Shown piece after piece: positions 1 through 12,991 of a stretch of DNA of 64,000 nt. Both the position numbers and the translations under genes were made by a program. The notes below the pieces were generated by a model, which saw only the letters and a program-made list of their open reading frames with translations, had not been told where the DNA came from and ran no database searches. Location of the stretch: positions 209,250,001-209,314,000 of the forward strand of contig OX597814.1 of the NCBI GenBank assembly GCA_951406725.2. Direction: 5' to 3'. How positions within the stretch are numbered: the stretch's first letter is position 1; each line of letters starts with the position of its first letter. Source of the DNA: Octopus vulgaris. Its lineage: Eukaryota.

Positions 1-1134
1 ATATCTAGCATATAGGCATGGTAGCTTCTGTGCCCTTAATTATAATTGTATTCTATACAATTATATATCTTTATATATGAATTTTACCTAAAATGTTATT
101 TTTACATGCTGGCCACTGATAAAATCCATTAAATTTAATGATTTTATCCTTTAATTATGTTTACACACATACATACATACATGCACACACACATATATGA
201 CTAGAACACATCTAAACGTAGTTCTACTTGACCAGGATAAATTCGAGATTAACAAAGACAACTTCAGAAACAATAATATCAGGCATGCAGAAATAGAGAG
301 CGGACGATGGAGAATACACAACGCATTCAGACTGTAACAAAATACTATATGACATATAATTAACCCCTTCATGTCAGAATTTGCTGTATGATCCTCAACT
401 AGACAAAACTATGGATCTGAAGGCCGCTTTACGTTGCTTGACTGACGACATAAGTCTGCTCTGTTCTGACCGAGTTGAGGATATACATCAACGATTAGAG
501 CGCACGAAATAGTAGTTGTTGGACATCGTCTTCGCCTATTTTTTTTTACTCTGTTTTCGTCTCTCTCTTTATTTCTAATCTCTATCTCTGTTTCCTTTTC
601 TCTCTCTCTATATATATATCTTTCTCTCTGTCTTTATCTTTTTCTCTCCCTGGTTTTTGTTTTTCCTCCTGAATCACTTTCACGGCAAGAAGTGAATATC
701 CTCTCATGCAGTATAAATTAATATAGCAGATTCATACTCATGTCTCTAGAAAAAGAAGCCGTTTGTCCAATATGTTATCCAATCGGTCATTTAACCCCCT
801 CTGTGCACACACACACACACATACTCAAATACGCATGCACCTCGCCTATACACACATACATCCTCATATAAGCACATACACGCTGTCTCTCTCCCTCCTT
901 TCCTCACCCTCTCTCTCTCTCCTTCCTTCTCTTTCTCCCGTTCACATATTGTTCAACAGAAGAAAGCTAATTTCCCATTAAAACAGACAGTGTTGATGCT
1001 GCTGGTTACAAGATTAATGCTATTTTGGGAACCATGGGAATCCATTTGGATCAATGGGAGATAATTCAACAGCAAATAAATAAAACAAAACATTTATGGC
1101 TGTGTAACACTGATAGGGCATTATGAGGCACTGC

Positions 1135-1966
1135 TGTGCGTGTGTGCTTGTGTGCATATGTGTGTGTATGTGCGTGTGTCTGTAAGCGTGTGTGTGTGTG
1201 TATGTCTCAGTGTGCGTGAGTTTGTGTTTGGTATTGTGTGTATGTGCATGCGTATGTATGTGCGTGTGTGTCTGTGTGTATGTGTGTATGCATGTCTATA
1301 CGTGTTAGTATTTTTGTCATTATATATATATATCAGTGCTTGTGTGTGTATGTGTGCGTGTGTCTGTAAGCGTGTGTTTGTGTGTATGTCTCAGTGTGCG
1401 TGAGTTTGTGTTTGGTATTGTGTGTATGCGTATGCGTGTGTGTGTGTGTACCTGTGTGTATGTGTATGCATGTCTATACGTGTTAGTATTTTTGTCATTA
1501 TATATATATATATATCAGTGCCTGTGTGTGTATGTGTGCGTGTGTCTGTAAGCGTGTGCCTGAGTTTGTGTATATGTGTGTGTTTTGGTATTGTGTGTAT
1601 GCGCATGCGTATATGTGTGTGTGTGTCTGTGTGTATGTGTGTATGTGTATGCATGTCTATACGTGTCAGTATTTTTGTCATTATATATATATCAGTGCTT
1701 GTGTGTGTATGTGTGCGTTTGTTTGTGTCTGTTGTGTGTCTGTGCTTCTGGGTGCGCATATCTATTTGTGTGTAAGGCTGTGTATATTTAGGTGTGTGTG
1801 TGTGTGTGTCTCAGTATGTGAGCGCATGTATGTGTGTATGTGTGTGTATGCGTTCGCATGTATGTCAGTATGTGTCAGTATAATTTGTCATAGTGCTCAT
1901 CTGATTTGTTTGACGCAATGAATAAGCATATGAGCCTGTATGCGTGTGTGTGCGTGCGTGCTTATG

Positions 1967-2035
<69 letters not shown>

Positions 2036-2040
2036 ATATG
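1135..2040. repeat. GT-rich compound minisatellite (about three ~185-bp units) ending in (GT)n
   Basis: The block catgtctatacgtgttagtatttttgtcattatatatatatatcagtgc recurs at ~1291, ~1469 and ~1653; pure (GT)n at ~1984-2034. Confidence 0.9.
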
Positions 2041-2451
2041 TGTTTGAGTCTGTATCAGTGTGCTAGTGTGAATGTATATCTATATCACTGAGTGTACGTT
2101 ACTGTATGATATTTTATCTAATTAGATATTCGTAACGACGAGTGGTTATACAGCATGCGCCTGTGTGTGTAAATGTCATATTAATGTTATTTTAGTACCA
2201 ACTTCTGTGTGTACGTCTGTCTGTCCTGTCTGTCTAATATTCATGTATGTAATTTTGTTATAATATATGTCCGTTCGCGTTTTACACATGTGCGCATACG
2301 CTTGCATTAATTAACGGCAGTATGGACATGCATGCTGAGGTCATTTTAATTTTGTATTAGAGTTAAATACACGTATGCGTGTGTGTTATGTATGTATTAT
2401 GCATAGATAATACATACATGTATACTTAAATATATATGAATATATATATAT

Positions 2452-2760
2452 CATATGTGATCACTGTGACCGATGCACAGATATTTCCATCAGATGTTGT
2501 TACACATCGCTGGTCACAATGCGCTTCGCATTGTTTTAGCCTTCAAATGATGCCACCCCGCTGGCTAAGCGAGCAGGCCAACAGAAGAAAGAGTGAGAGA
2601 ATGTTGTGGCGACAGCAGGGATCGCCACCACCTGCCGGAGCCTCGTGGAGCTTTAGGTGTATATATATATAAACACACACAACACCCGGTCTGGGAATCG
2701 AAACCGCGACCCTACGACCGCGAGTCCGCTGCCCTAACCACTAGGCCATTGCGCCTCCAC
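2452..2760 (-). mobile_element. tRNA-derived SINE, family A head with an alternative 3' tail
   Basis: Minus strand begins GTGGAGGCGCAATGGCCTAGTGGTTAGGGCAGCGGACTCGCGG...GGTTTCGATTCCC (Pol III A/B boxes), matching 58551 and 49064. The sequence diverges after ...ctctcactct. Confidence 0.85.
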
Positions 2761-2773
2761 ATATATATATTTT

Positions 2774-3121
<348 letters not shown>

Positions 3122-3261
3122 ATATATATATATATATATATATGCATATGTGAATGTTACTGAGCTATGTGTGCGTTTATGATACATATGTAGTACGGTT
3201 GTGTGCAGGTAGAGGTTATATCAATGTTTTATTAATGTCACTGTATCTGTCCTAAATGTAA

Positions 3262-3487
3262 AAAGCCAGAGAATTAGCATAATATTTAGTGTTAAGCAAA
3301 ATACCTTGCGGTATTTAGTTGCTGATTTGTTTTTTTTTGTTTTTTTGACATTCTGAATTTAAATCCTTCCAAATTTAGTTTTGCTTTTCATTCTCGCGAG
3401 GCCGATGAAATAATTTGCAGCTGAGAGCTGAAATCGATATAATTGACTAGAGTCAAATCTGAGGCAGTGTGTCTATGTTAGAAATTA
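3262..3487 (+). mobile_element. Degenerate SINE family C
   Basis: Diverged match to the family C core (ttctgaatttaaatcc...ttttgcttttcattctcgcgaggccgatgaaataa). Confidence 0.55.
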
Positions 3488-3529
3488 TTATATGTACTCT
3501 GGTAGCTCAAATAAAAGAATGAACGGACA

Positions 3530-3900
3530 TCTAACATCCATAAAACTGAGGTGATCTATACTAATGGTATACTACACAGCCGTCCTCTATCTTCCCTTAC
3601 TATAATAGCAACAACGAGCCATATCCCATTAGTCCACATAGATAACCTAACCATTCTCATTATCAACGATTGCTAACTAGACGAGGAGATTGCCAACCGA
3701 CTCAAATAACTTACCCACATTTGCATTTTTTGGAAGGGTCAGCCTCCATAACAAGGTCCACGTTTACTGCATAATCTGTCTCCACTCTCCAGTATAGATG
3801 CAAAACGTGAAACAAATACAACCAACACATTAACATTTTGGAGTTCTTTATCATCCCGTGTCGCCAGAAATCCCTTTTAATTACGTGGTGAAACAGGATT
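3530..3900 (+). pseudogene. Decayed RTE-clade LINE RT C-terminal fragment
   Basis: Frameshifted pieces HKTEVIY, LDEEIANRL, VSLHNKVHVY and NQHINILEFFIIPCRQKSLLITW resemble the RTE/BovB-type post-RT region. Confidence 0.55.
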
Positions 3901-4589
3901 TTGCAAATAGAAATTCTTCATTGAATCAACAGGAATTATACTATCTCTATTTAGGGCGGGTAAAATTTCGCGAGATACGAATTATACTGAATCCACTTCA
4001 TACAGACACCAAGACATGGGTTTGGCAAGGAGTGTGCATATATGATCAAATCTTCCCCACCAAGGAACTTTTACGGCTGGCTACGTCCTGTCAATATCTG
4101 TTTGAAATACCAAAGAAATAATTAAGAACTAGCTGGAGACCAATTTCGAGAGGAGTAACAGCTACCCGTCATTCTCTCTGGCCATTTTACTGTTGTAACC
4201 TTTTAACCATACAACCTTGAAATGTGGTGTGTTGGTGAAAACGTATATGCGTCTATGTATTTACGTATCTATATTCAGGAGCATGTGTGTGTTTATTACT
4301 ATGGTATATATTTATGTGTAAACGACGTTGTGTAGAAGGTTAATTTAACAGTTGTCAGATATGTTGAACTGCAAAAGTATAGCTTCCATTCAACCATGCC
4401 TCACGAACTCAGAAAGGAAAGAGCTGGAATAAATATTAACGGCATGCGAATTCGGCGCCTAAAAATGGATAGACCTCGCTAACCTGATTTTCCCAGCACA
4501 TATTATTTTAATCTGTTACTGATGTAAGTCACCGGATTTTGACCATGCTATAGCACCACCTTCTGGAATATAATTGATTGCATCGACTC

Positions 4590-4725
4590 CTGCACTTATT
4601 TTATCGCCCACCCCAGAAAGATGAAAGGCAAAGAGGACTTCGGTGAGATTTGAACGCAGAAGGTTAAAGGAAATAAAATAACTTAGGTATTTCTTTCGAC
4701 GATCTACCGATTCTACAAACCCATC
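4590..4725 (-). mobile_element. Degenerate SINE family C
   Basis: ttatcgcccaccccagaaagatgaaaggcaaagaggacttcggtgagatttgaac matches the copy at 22520-22575. Confidence 0.65.
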
Positions 4726-5189
4726 CGTCACATGGAGACAAAACATTCACAACTTGTATCTCAATCATACAGAACCCAATTCATGATCCATGTGATGTCA
4801 GTTCAAAAAAAATATTTGACTGACCATTTCATCTCTACTCTTCGCTTCTCTTTTTTTCTTACACACGATATCCAAAGGAAACTTCATTTCGCGACAAAAC
4901 TGTTAGTATTCGTACAAGATTAATGGCATCATGGTATTGAGGAGTATTCATTAGAGTTATGGGACCTGCCATGATTGATGTTCTTAATCAATGCAGGAAA
5001 TAAAGAAGAAGGAAAAAAAAATGAAATGCTACAAAACCTCATTCGCTCTAAATCGATAATGTATTCAGATTCTAACAAGAAAATTGAGATCAGTCACGTG
5101 ACTTATAATAGAATCAAGTTATTAAACATTTTAAAACACGGAATAGCCTTACACCTGAATATACTAATAAACAAAAACACATAGTTATA

Positions 5190-5283
5190 CATGCATATAT
5201 GTATGTATGCATGTATGTATGTATGTATGTATGTATGTATATATATATATATATATTTATATATCTCTCTCTCTCTCTCTCTC

Positions 5284-5315
<32 letters not shown>

Positions 5316-5338
5316 GATATGTATATATATATATATGC

Positions 5339-5429
<91 letters not shown>

Positions 5430-5470
5430 TATATATATATGTATATATATACATATATATATATATATGC
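5190..5470. repeat. Compound (TATG)n/(TA)n/(CT)n microsatellite
   Basis: Direct inspection. Confidence 0.95.
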
Positions 5471-6769
5471 AATGATCTCTCTATGTATGTGTTATGCACA
5501 TTTATATGTGTGTGTATGTACTTGTATGTTTGTAATTGTATTTGCGCGCGCGCGTGTGAATATTATCGAGATTCGAATGGTATCAATGTCTGTATTGGAA
5601 ATATTTGAACAGGAAAGTAAACCCAGTGTAACTGAACAGCTGGGGCTTTTCCTCGACCCACCTCACTCGTTACTACAGTTGAGAATATAATCACGTTCGC
5701 TTAGGATCTGTGAGGGAGTTTAAAAATTAGGGACTGCAGCCTCTCTAACTAACCTAGATGTTTGCAACGTTGAATGATATCGACAGAACCTCATAAACAG
5801 ACTAATTTAAAGTTGATTGAATCAAAATGGTTGGGCTAAAATCTCATTTAGATGGGGTATCGTATAATCAACGTAGAGAAATAATTTACATGGCCTACGC
5901 TTTCCCAGTACCTGCTGTCAGAACCAGACATTTGTGTGACATTGCTCTCATATTAAATATCACTTTGGTTGATGTAATACCGAGCACACCCACCGTATCT
6001 GCAAACTGATGACATGTCACGGATAGCTTTTATTATAGGCCTCTTCGATCAGAACGACGTGCGACTAAGTGACAATAAAATATTTAAAGAGCATTTATTG
6101 GTGTCTGTAAATTTGATTGGTGTTGGGGGGGGGGAGAAATACCTAATCTAAAAAAAAGTCTCGTGTCAGAAATGCCAGATTTTATCTCCCCCCGCTAAGC
6201 AAAACGTTTTGACACATATAACACATATAAACTCTAATAGATTTTATTTTTATTGTCATCGATGTAAGCCTTGACTAGTTTCTATAGATTCCGAGTTTTA
6301 TTCTTAAACATGACATATAGATAGGAAGGTGCTTACTGGAATTGTAACTCGAGGTCCTGGGTGCAAAAGATTTACTAAGAGCGATTTACAGACTTAAGAA
6401 AATTCTATAATGCATAAACAAGTGATAGATAAAGCTAAAACGGAATATCAATTTAGAATTAGTTCGGTACTTTAAGGAACTAGTCGCTGAAAAAGGTCTG
6501 GTAAATAAACTTCAAGAAGACTTTACAGATGGCAGCATCACCTATGTGCTCGCTGCGAATATTCCAGGGCACTTTTTCGATGCCAAAGATGAAAGCGGAA
6601 TTGTTAAAGATATGTTGTCCAGGATTAAACAGATCGACAGCTGCGTTATGGGCCGTGGAGTTAAAAGAGAGACACGGCAAAATGACCAAAGTATGTTGTC
6701 AAGGGTCACACAGGGTCTCTTTCCACGACACTTAAGATCCAAGTATCATTCTCCAAATGCTCGATGTCC

Positions 6770-7050
6770 CCAATAAAGCAGTTTTCTGAGCATGTTCTAT
6801 ACACATGTCATTCCGAATTTCTCAAACAAATTTCTCAAACCTCGTTCTTAATGCCCCCAGTGTTCCTTCATTACCCTCATTCGGGAAATTTCATCTTTTC
6901 CAGTTCTTTTTCAGTTCTTTTCCCCCACTCGCACACTCCCAGTTATGGCAAAGGCAAGACGTATAATTGGTTTCCTTCATCATTTTACAACAATGTCTGG
7001 TCTTCGAGTATCAATTACTGAATCACTCTGGATTGTAAAATCTCACACGA
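6770..7050 (-). pseudogene. R4/Dong-like restriction-like endonuclease (RLE) fragment
   Basis: Minus strand reads IV*DFTIQSDSVIDTRRPDIVVK, matching the WDF..QTD....RRPDIV motif of R4-clade RLE. Confidence 0.65.
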
Positions 7051-7051
7051 T

Positions 7052-7156
7052 CTTCTTCTTCTTCTTCTTCTTCTTCTTCTTCTTCTTCTTCTTCTTCTTC
7101 TTCTTCTTCTTCTTCTTCTTCTTCTTCTTCTTCTTCTCTTCCCCCTTCTTCTTCTT
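7052..7156. repeat. (TTC)n microsatellite at the 3' end of the Dong-like LINE
   Basis: Direct inspection. Confidence 0.95.
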
Positions 7157-7159
7157 TAC

Positions 7160-9790
7160 TTATAATCTGCATGTTTGTTACAATCACTCTCCGAGACACA
7201 TCCAGCATCCTAGGGCGAGTGAAAGATAAGAGATGTTATAGTATGACTGAAAGCTTGGGAAGAGGAAGTGGCAGGAGCTGTATCGAAATATCTTCATGTA
7301 ATACAGCACAGACATTTAAATTGATAGGGTTTTTATAAGGTTGAGTCAGTACTTGGCAGCACAATATTTTGGATTTCTCTGAGACATGGTTCTCCTGGGA
7401 TATTATCCAGATGCTTCTTACATCCCTTTCTTATCATACCTAGAGCACCCACAATAACAGGAACAGTTCTCGCTTTAAGATGCCATACCTACCTTTTGTG
7501 TTTCAATTTCCAGGTCCTTATATTTACTAAATTTGTCAAATTCCTTTACAAATATATTTTTTATCAGATATATATTTTGTCAGCTCCACCGCTCCTCAAT
7601 TTGTTTTTGCCAGTTATTTTTGCAGTCTGTTTGATCCGTTTTGTTTTTTTCGTGCCAGTAGTTTCAGGTTCTTCATCTCATCCAGAATTAATGCCAAGTT
7701 CCCTTGCGAATTTGCAAGCTTCCTTGACAATAGAATGGGATGTTTTGCTGCTTTCGTGTTTGCACACAAGCCGCAGCATTCAGTTTTATGTACTAGATAA
7801 GTACTTGTTCATTGTTATTGTGGAGGTCTTATAGCACAGTTCTACCTTCATCATTCCTCTTCTCCCATTACTTCTAGGTGGGTACAGACGATCAACATCT
7901 GCTTTTGGGTGGTGTGTGTTCTTAGATGTTAGTAGTTTTCTTGACTTCCTGTTCAGGCGTTGGAGCTCTGTAAGATTCCAGTTAATGATGTTAAAACTGT
8001 ATTGGACTACTGGAAGTGCCAAGGTGTTAATGGCTTCGATGTAATTTTTCGAGTTGAGTTCAGTTTTTATTATGAGTCGTATTCTTCTGTAATACCCCTT
8101 TCGTATTTTTTCCTTCATAGTAGCATGTTGTATACCGTCTTCTTCGTTTATCTTCAGGTATTTAAAGCTTTCTTGTGGGTCAAGTTCCTTGATGGTCGCG
8201 TCGGTATCTAATTTAATGGGAGCTGTTTGCTTGAACTCATACAGAATTTGCTTTAGCACAATTATCAAGGTCCAAATCCACCCCAATGTCATTACTGCAA
8301 TCTTTAACAGTTGTTAACAGCTCTACTAGCACTTCGACATTTCTAACAAACAACTTCAGATAGTCCATATAAAACAGATGATTTGCTTTAATATTATACA
8401 TTTTGAACCCATTCCTGGTATTATTCAGTTCGTTTGAGAGTGGGGTTACTGTCATGCAGAGTAATGGGAAGAGGAAGTCACCTTGAAAGATGCCTCATTT
8501 GATATTGATGTTGTTAGATTAGCTCATCCTATTACTATGGTTTAAGACATGTGGATTCCACTTGGCCATGCTACCTTGTAAGAATCTGGAGACTACAGGC
8601 GGGATTTTGTATATCTCAAGGGCCGTGAGTAGCCAGTTAAGTGGGACACAATCAAACACTTTCCTGTAGTCAATCCATGCCATACTCAGGTTACTCCGGA
8701 AAATTCTTGTTATTCCGGAAAATTCTCTACAGTCATTTTATTTATGAGTAAATGATCTTTGCATCCACAAGAATTCCTTTTACAACCTTTTTGAGCTCGT
8801 GGAAGGATAGTTTTCTGTTCCAGGAAAGTGCATATTCTTCCAGTTAGTATGGATGTGAGGATCTTGTAGGTGGTGTTGAGACATAATATTGGTCGGTAGT
8901 TTTTTGAATTTTTCGTGTCTTCAGTTTTTGGTAGAAGGTATGTTGTTCCTTCGGTCAATCAGGCAGGTATTTGCTCTGGGTTCTGGATGACATCATTTAG
9001 GGATGCAGCTAAATTTTGGTGTACTTCTGTCAAACAATTCAGCCAGAAGTTGGGGATCCGGTCTAATCCTGGAGTTCTCCATTTGTGAGACTTCCTAAGA
9101 GCACATCTTACCTTTTCTACTCTTATTGCCTCCCGTTTCTGCTCTTCAACTTTATCCTGTCTCACTTTCTCACGCTCTATCCAGTCAGCTTCAGCATTAT
9201 ATTCTTTTTGTTGCTCCATATCTTCTTCCAGAACTCTTCCATTTCCTCACTCTTAGGTGTCTCCTTTACTTCTATTTTACTTTTGCCAATTTCCCTATAA
9301 AATTTCTTCTAGTCCGTCTTCAATATCTTGTTTTGTCGATAAAATTTGATTCTTTTGTCATACTTTCTAAGCTGTTGGGCCTTCAGTTGTATTCGTTGTT
9401 TCAATTGTTCCTTGATTACAGGGAGGTTTATAAAACCTTTGATTTTATATTTTTGCTTGATTTTTCTAGCTTGTTTTGTCTTAACATTTTCTTCACTAGC
9501 AAGTTCATCGAGATCTGATACATCCGCCCGCAAAAATTCGATCTGTATTTGTATTGCTACTTTCCACTTAGGACGTCTATTGACATGGTTGGTCCTTTTT
9601 CGTGTCGTCCTGATATCTAATAGAGCAGTTACAACTTCAGCAGCGGAATAGATGAGGTTATTTAAGATTGTTAGGTCATTTCCCTTATTAAGATCTGTCT
9701 AAGAGCAATATTATATATCATGATTATGTTGTTATTTTTTGTGTTGTTTGGGAGCGGTTCTCTATTAATCATATCAATAAATTCAGTCTT
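7160..9790 (-). mobile_element. Decayed R4/Dong-clade non-LTR retrotransposon (RT plus RLE C-terminus)
   Basis: RT motifs NYRPILCLNTTYKILTS, AWIDYRKVFDCVP, GIFQGD, HLFYMDYLKLF; post-RT AINTLALPVVQYSF and HPKADVDRLYPPRSNGRRG; C-terminal VPVIVGALGMI. Multiple stops and frameshifts. Confidence 0.92.
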
Positions 9791-10102
9791 GCCGAGTCCT
9801 CTCATATTATTATCATATGAAAACTCACAGCTTTATCAATGATATTAATACACCAATTTGTTTTTGTACGGACCTAATGCGTGTGTCCCACTCAAGAGAA
9901 AGAAATTTTGTTGCTTAAATAAAAATGTTTAACTAGATCTCTTGTAATTCATTGAAGAAATTTGAAACCGCTACCTATCTTTTGTTTTACTACTTCTCAA
10001 CATCCGTGCATCCTGGGCCAGCAAAACCGCAAACGTTTTAATGTGAAAATTAAGATACTTAAATTTGACGCGTTTATCGAGCAAGGGAGAGAGGAAGTGA
10101 GT

Positions 10103-10134
<32 letters not shown>

Positions 10135-10254
10135 AAGTGGCTTATAGGTATTTGCATCCTTTCTATGATTGAACTGCTCTTGAGAAGAAGCAATTCAACC
10201 TGTTCTATTAGTAATTACTGGTAGAGAAAACAATAACACTCACACACACACACA

Positions 10255-10309
<55 letters not shown>

Positions 10310-10316
<7 letters not shown>

Positions 10317-11290
10317 AATGGAGTGTGTATTTTCCCCTTGTTTACAATTAACACGGAAAAATAAATAAACAGTCACCCAGGTAACAAAAACTCACACAAG
10401 TAATAAGGACGTAAGACCCTGTTTGTAAAGGTAGAAACTCCGGGTTGATGTGAAATATTTTGTATAATATATATAATAACTAAATGGAGTTAAACGCAGG
10501 TGCTATTCAAATTCTTTTACTTCCGACATATGTTTCGAAGATAACATTGGTATTATTCCAAAAGAAATAAAATGGTATAAAACAATTTAATCTTCTCATC
10601 AGGGATACAAAGAAACCAAACTCATCAATAAAACATTTTAACAGAATGTGATGGATGTGTATAATGATGAACGGAACGCCATTAAGTTTTAAAAAAAAAA
10701 CATTAGAAGATATAACTTCAAAGGTAGCCTACAGAAAGAGAAAGGGTAAAGGAAAGAAATAAGCAGAAAATAAAGGAGAAATATAGGGCGATATGTGAAT
10801 TAAAATAAAGCTTAAAGGCTTGGAAAATAAATATATCTAGTGGAAGTGAAATGTAAGAAGAATATCAACGTTCAAATTATATAGAATGGTAGATATCACT
10901 TATATGAACTAAACGTATCTACCATTCTATATAATTTGAACATTGATTTTCGTCTTACATTTCACTTCCACTAGATATATCTATTTCCAAGCCTTTAAGC
11001 TTTTATTTTAATTCACATATCGCTTCTATATTTCTCCTTTATTTTCTGCTTATTTCTTTCCTTTACCCCTTCTCTTTCTATAGGCTATCTTTGATGTTAT
11101 ATCTTCTAACGGCTCTTTTAAAAAAACAACTTAATAGCGTTGCGTTCATCATTATACACATCCATCACATTCAGTAATAATAATGTCTTATTGATGAGTT
11201 TGGTTTCTTTGTATCCCTGATTAGAAGATTACATTGTTTTACAGCATTTTATTCCTTTTGGAATAATACCAATGTTGTCTTCGAAACATA
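10310..11290. mobile_element. Fold-back element (arms ~10527-10895 / 10916-11290) carrying HHR motifs; Penelope pLTR-like
   Basis: Arms are reverse complements (ttcaaattatatagaatggtagata / tatctaccattctatataatttgaa) around a 20-nt spacer; flanked by (CA)n and (TACA)n/(TA)n. Confidence 0.85.
10521..10606 (-). ncRNA. Type I hammerhead ribozyme motif, canonical core
   Basis: Minus strand: atcc-CTGATGA-GAAGAT...ATCTTC-GAAA-CATATG-TC^ggaa. Stem I tcc/gga, stem II GAAGAT/ATCTTC, palindromic stem III ACATATGT, GUC cleavage triplet. Confidence 0.8.
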
Positions 11291-11314
11291 TACACATAAT
11301 ACATACCTACATAC

Positions 11315-11620
<306 letters not shown>

Positions 11621-11719
11621 TGATATTTACGTCGTTGAATATTTTTAAGTTTCTGAATTCAATTGTGTTGTTGCAATAAAAGTTATGTTCACATATTTGA
11701 TAAGTTTCATACAAAATTT

Positions 11720-12670
11720 CCTATATTAAAGTTTCAAAGTTTTCTTGAGATGTAGGTTTGTCTATCCACTTAGAGAATACAGTAGTGTTTTTGCAATGAA
11801 AGGGATGTTTACATTTTCGATTACTCAGGGAGAAAGGAAAGGACAGGTATTCCCTTAAGTTGTAGTTATTAGAGTTTTTTAAAAAACTGATTGTATGTGT
11901 ATGTTCCGAAGTTGTAGGTATTTAAGTTAGCTAACTTATTTTGAGGAAGATTTAAAATATTTACGGGAAATTGTAGATATTCTAGTCTATGGGAATAGTA
12001 GGAGGAAGAGATGTTCATCTTGTTGAATTTTTGAATTTCTGAAGTTCTTTTCTTTTTAAACGTTTTGCTGTGGTTTACAATTTTTATTATTGTGCAGTAT
12101 GTATATATTGGCAGGTGCTTACCTCCTTAATTTGTTCGGATTTTTTCCGTGCGTATAATTGTATTATTACAATAAAAGGCTTGTTTATATATTCGGGTAG
12201 TCAGGGAAAAAGAAAAGATAAAATGTTCACACATAATTGGAGATATTAATTAAAGTTTCTAAATTTTTTTTTGAGATGTTCGTTTGTATGTCCGTTTAGA
12301 GAAGACTGTAGTATTTTTGCAATGAAAAGAATGTTTACATTTTCGAATACCTAGGGAGAGAGGAAAGGAAAGGAAATGATTTTAAATTTTTCGCAGAGAA
12401 TTGTAGATTTAAGGTTTTTAAATTTATTGGAGATGATCTTTTGTCTGTCCAAACAGAGAAAACTGTAGTGTTCTTAGAATAAAGAGGATGTTTACTTTTC
12501 CGAATACTCAGGGGAAAAGGAAAGGATAGGTATTCACAGAAGTTGTAGATATTAGAGGCTTTAAAGTTGATCGTTTATGTGTTCGAAAACTCTAGGTATG
12601 TAAGTTTCTTAACTTATTTTGAGTCACATTTAAAATACTCACAGGAAATTGTAGATATTCCAGTCTTTTA
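11720..12670. repeat. Degenerate direct repeats (three partial copies) of unknown origin
   Basis: A block of the form tagtgtttttgcaatgaaag..atgtttacattttcga.tactcaggg.gaaaggaaagg recurs at ~11783, ~12309 and ~12466. Confidence 0.75.
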
Positions 12671-12780
12671 GAGTTATTTTTTAGTTGTCCTGCTGGGTTG
12701 TATTAGTGTTGCTGTATCTTTAGCTGCTGACACGTCAGAGCAGCGAAGAACACGTCCAGCCGATGTCACGTCCACCTGCA

Positions 12781-12783
12781 TTA

Positions 12784-12850
<67 letters not shown>

Positions 12851-12903
12851 ATCCTCCTCCTCCTCATCATCATCATCAGCAGCATTAGCATTATCATCAT
12901 CAC

Positions 12904-12990
<87 letters not shown>
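12781..12990. repeat. (TAA)n/(ATC)n microsatellite forming the tail/target of a Dong-like LINE
   Basis: Direct inspection; abuts the LINE 3' end. Confidence 0.9.

Positions 12991-12991
<1 letters not shown>

Noticed and set aside
106-150. Possible SECIS element in the TGA-containing terminal hairpin
   Set aside because: The stem is plain Watson-Crick (GATAAAAT/ATTTTATC), without the AUGA/GA non-canonical quartet and unpaired apical AA geometry.
1135-1760. Regularly spaced repeats superficially like a CRISPR array
   Set aside because: Eukaryotic context, low-complexity non-unique spacers and no cas genes; it is a minisatellite.
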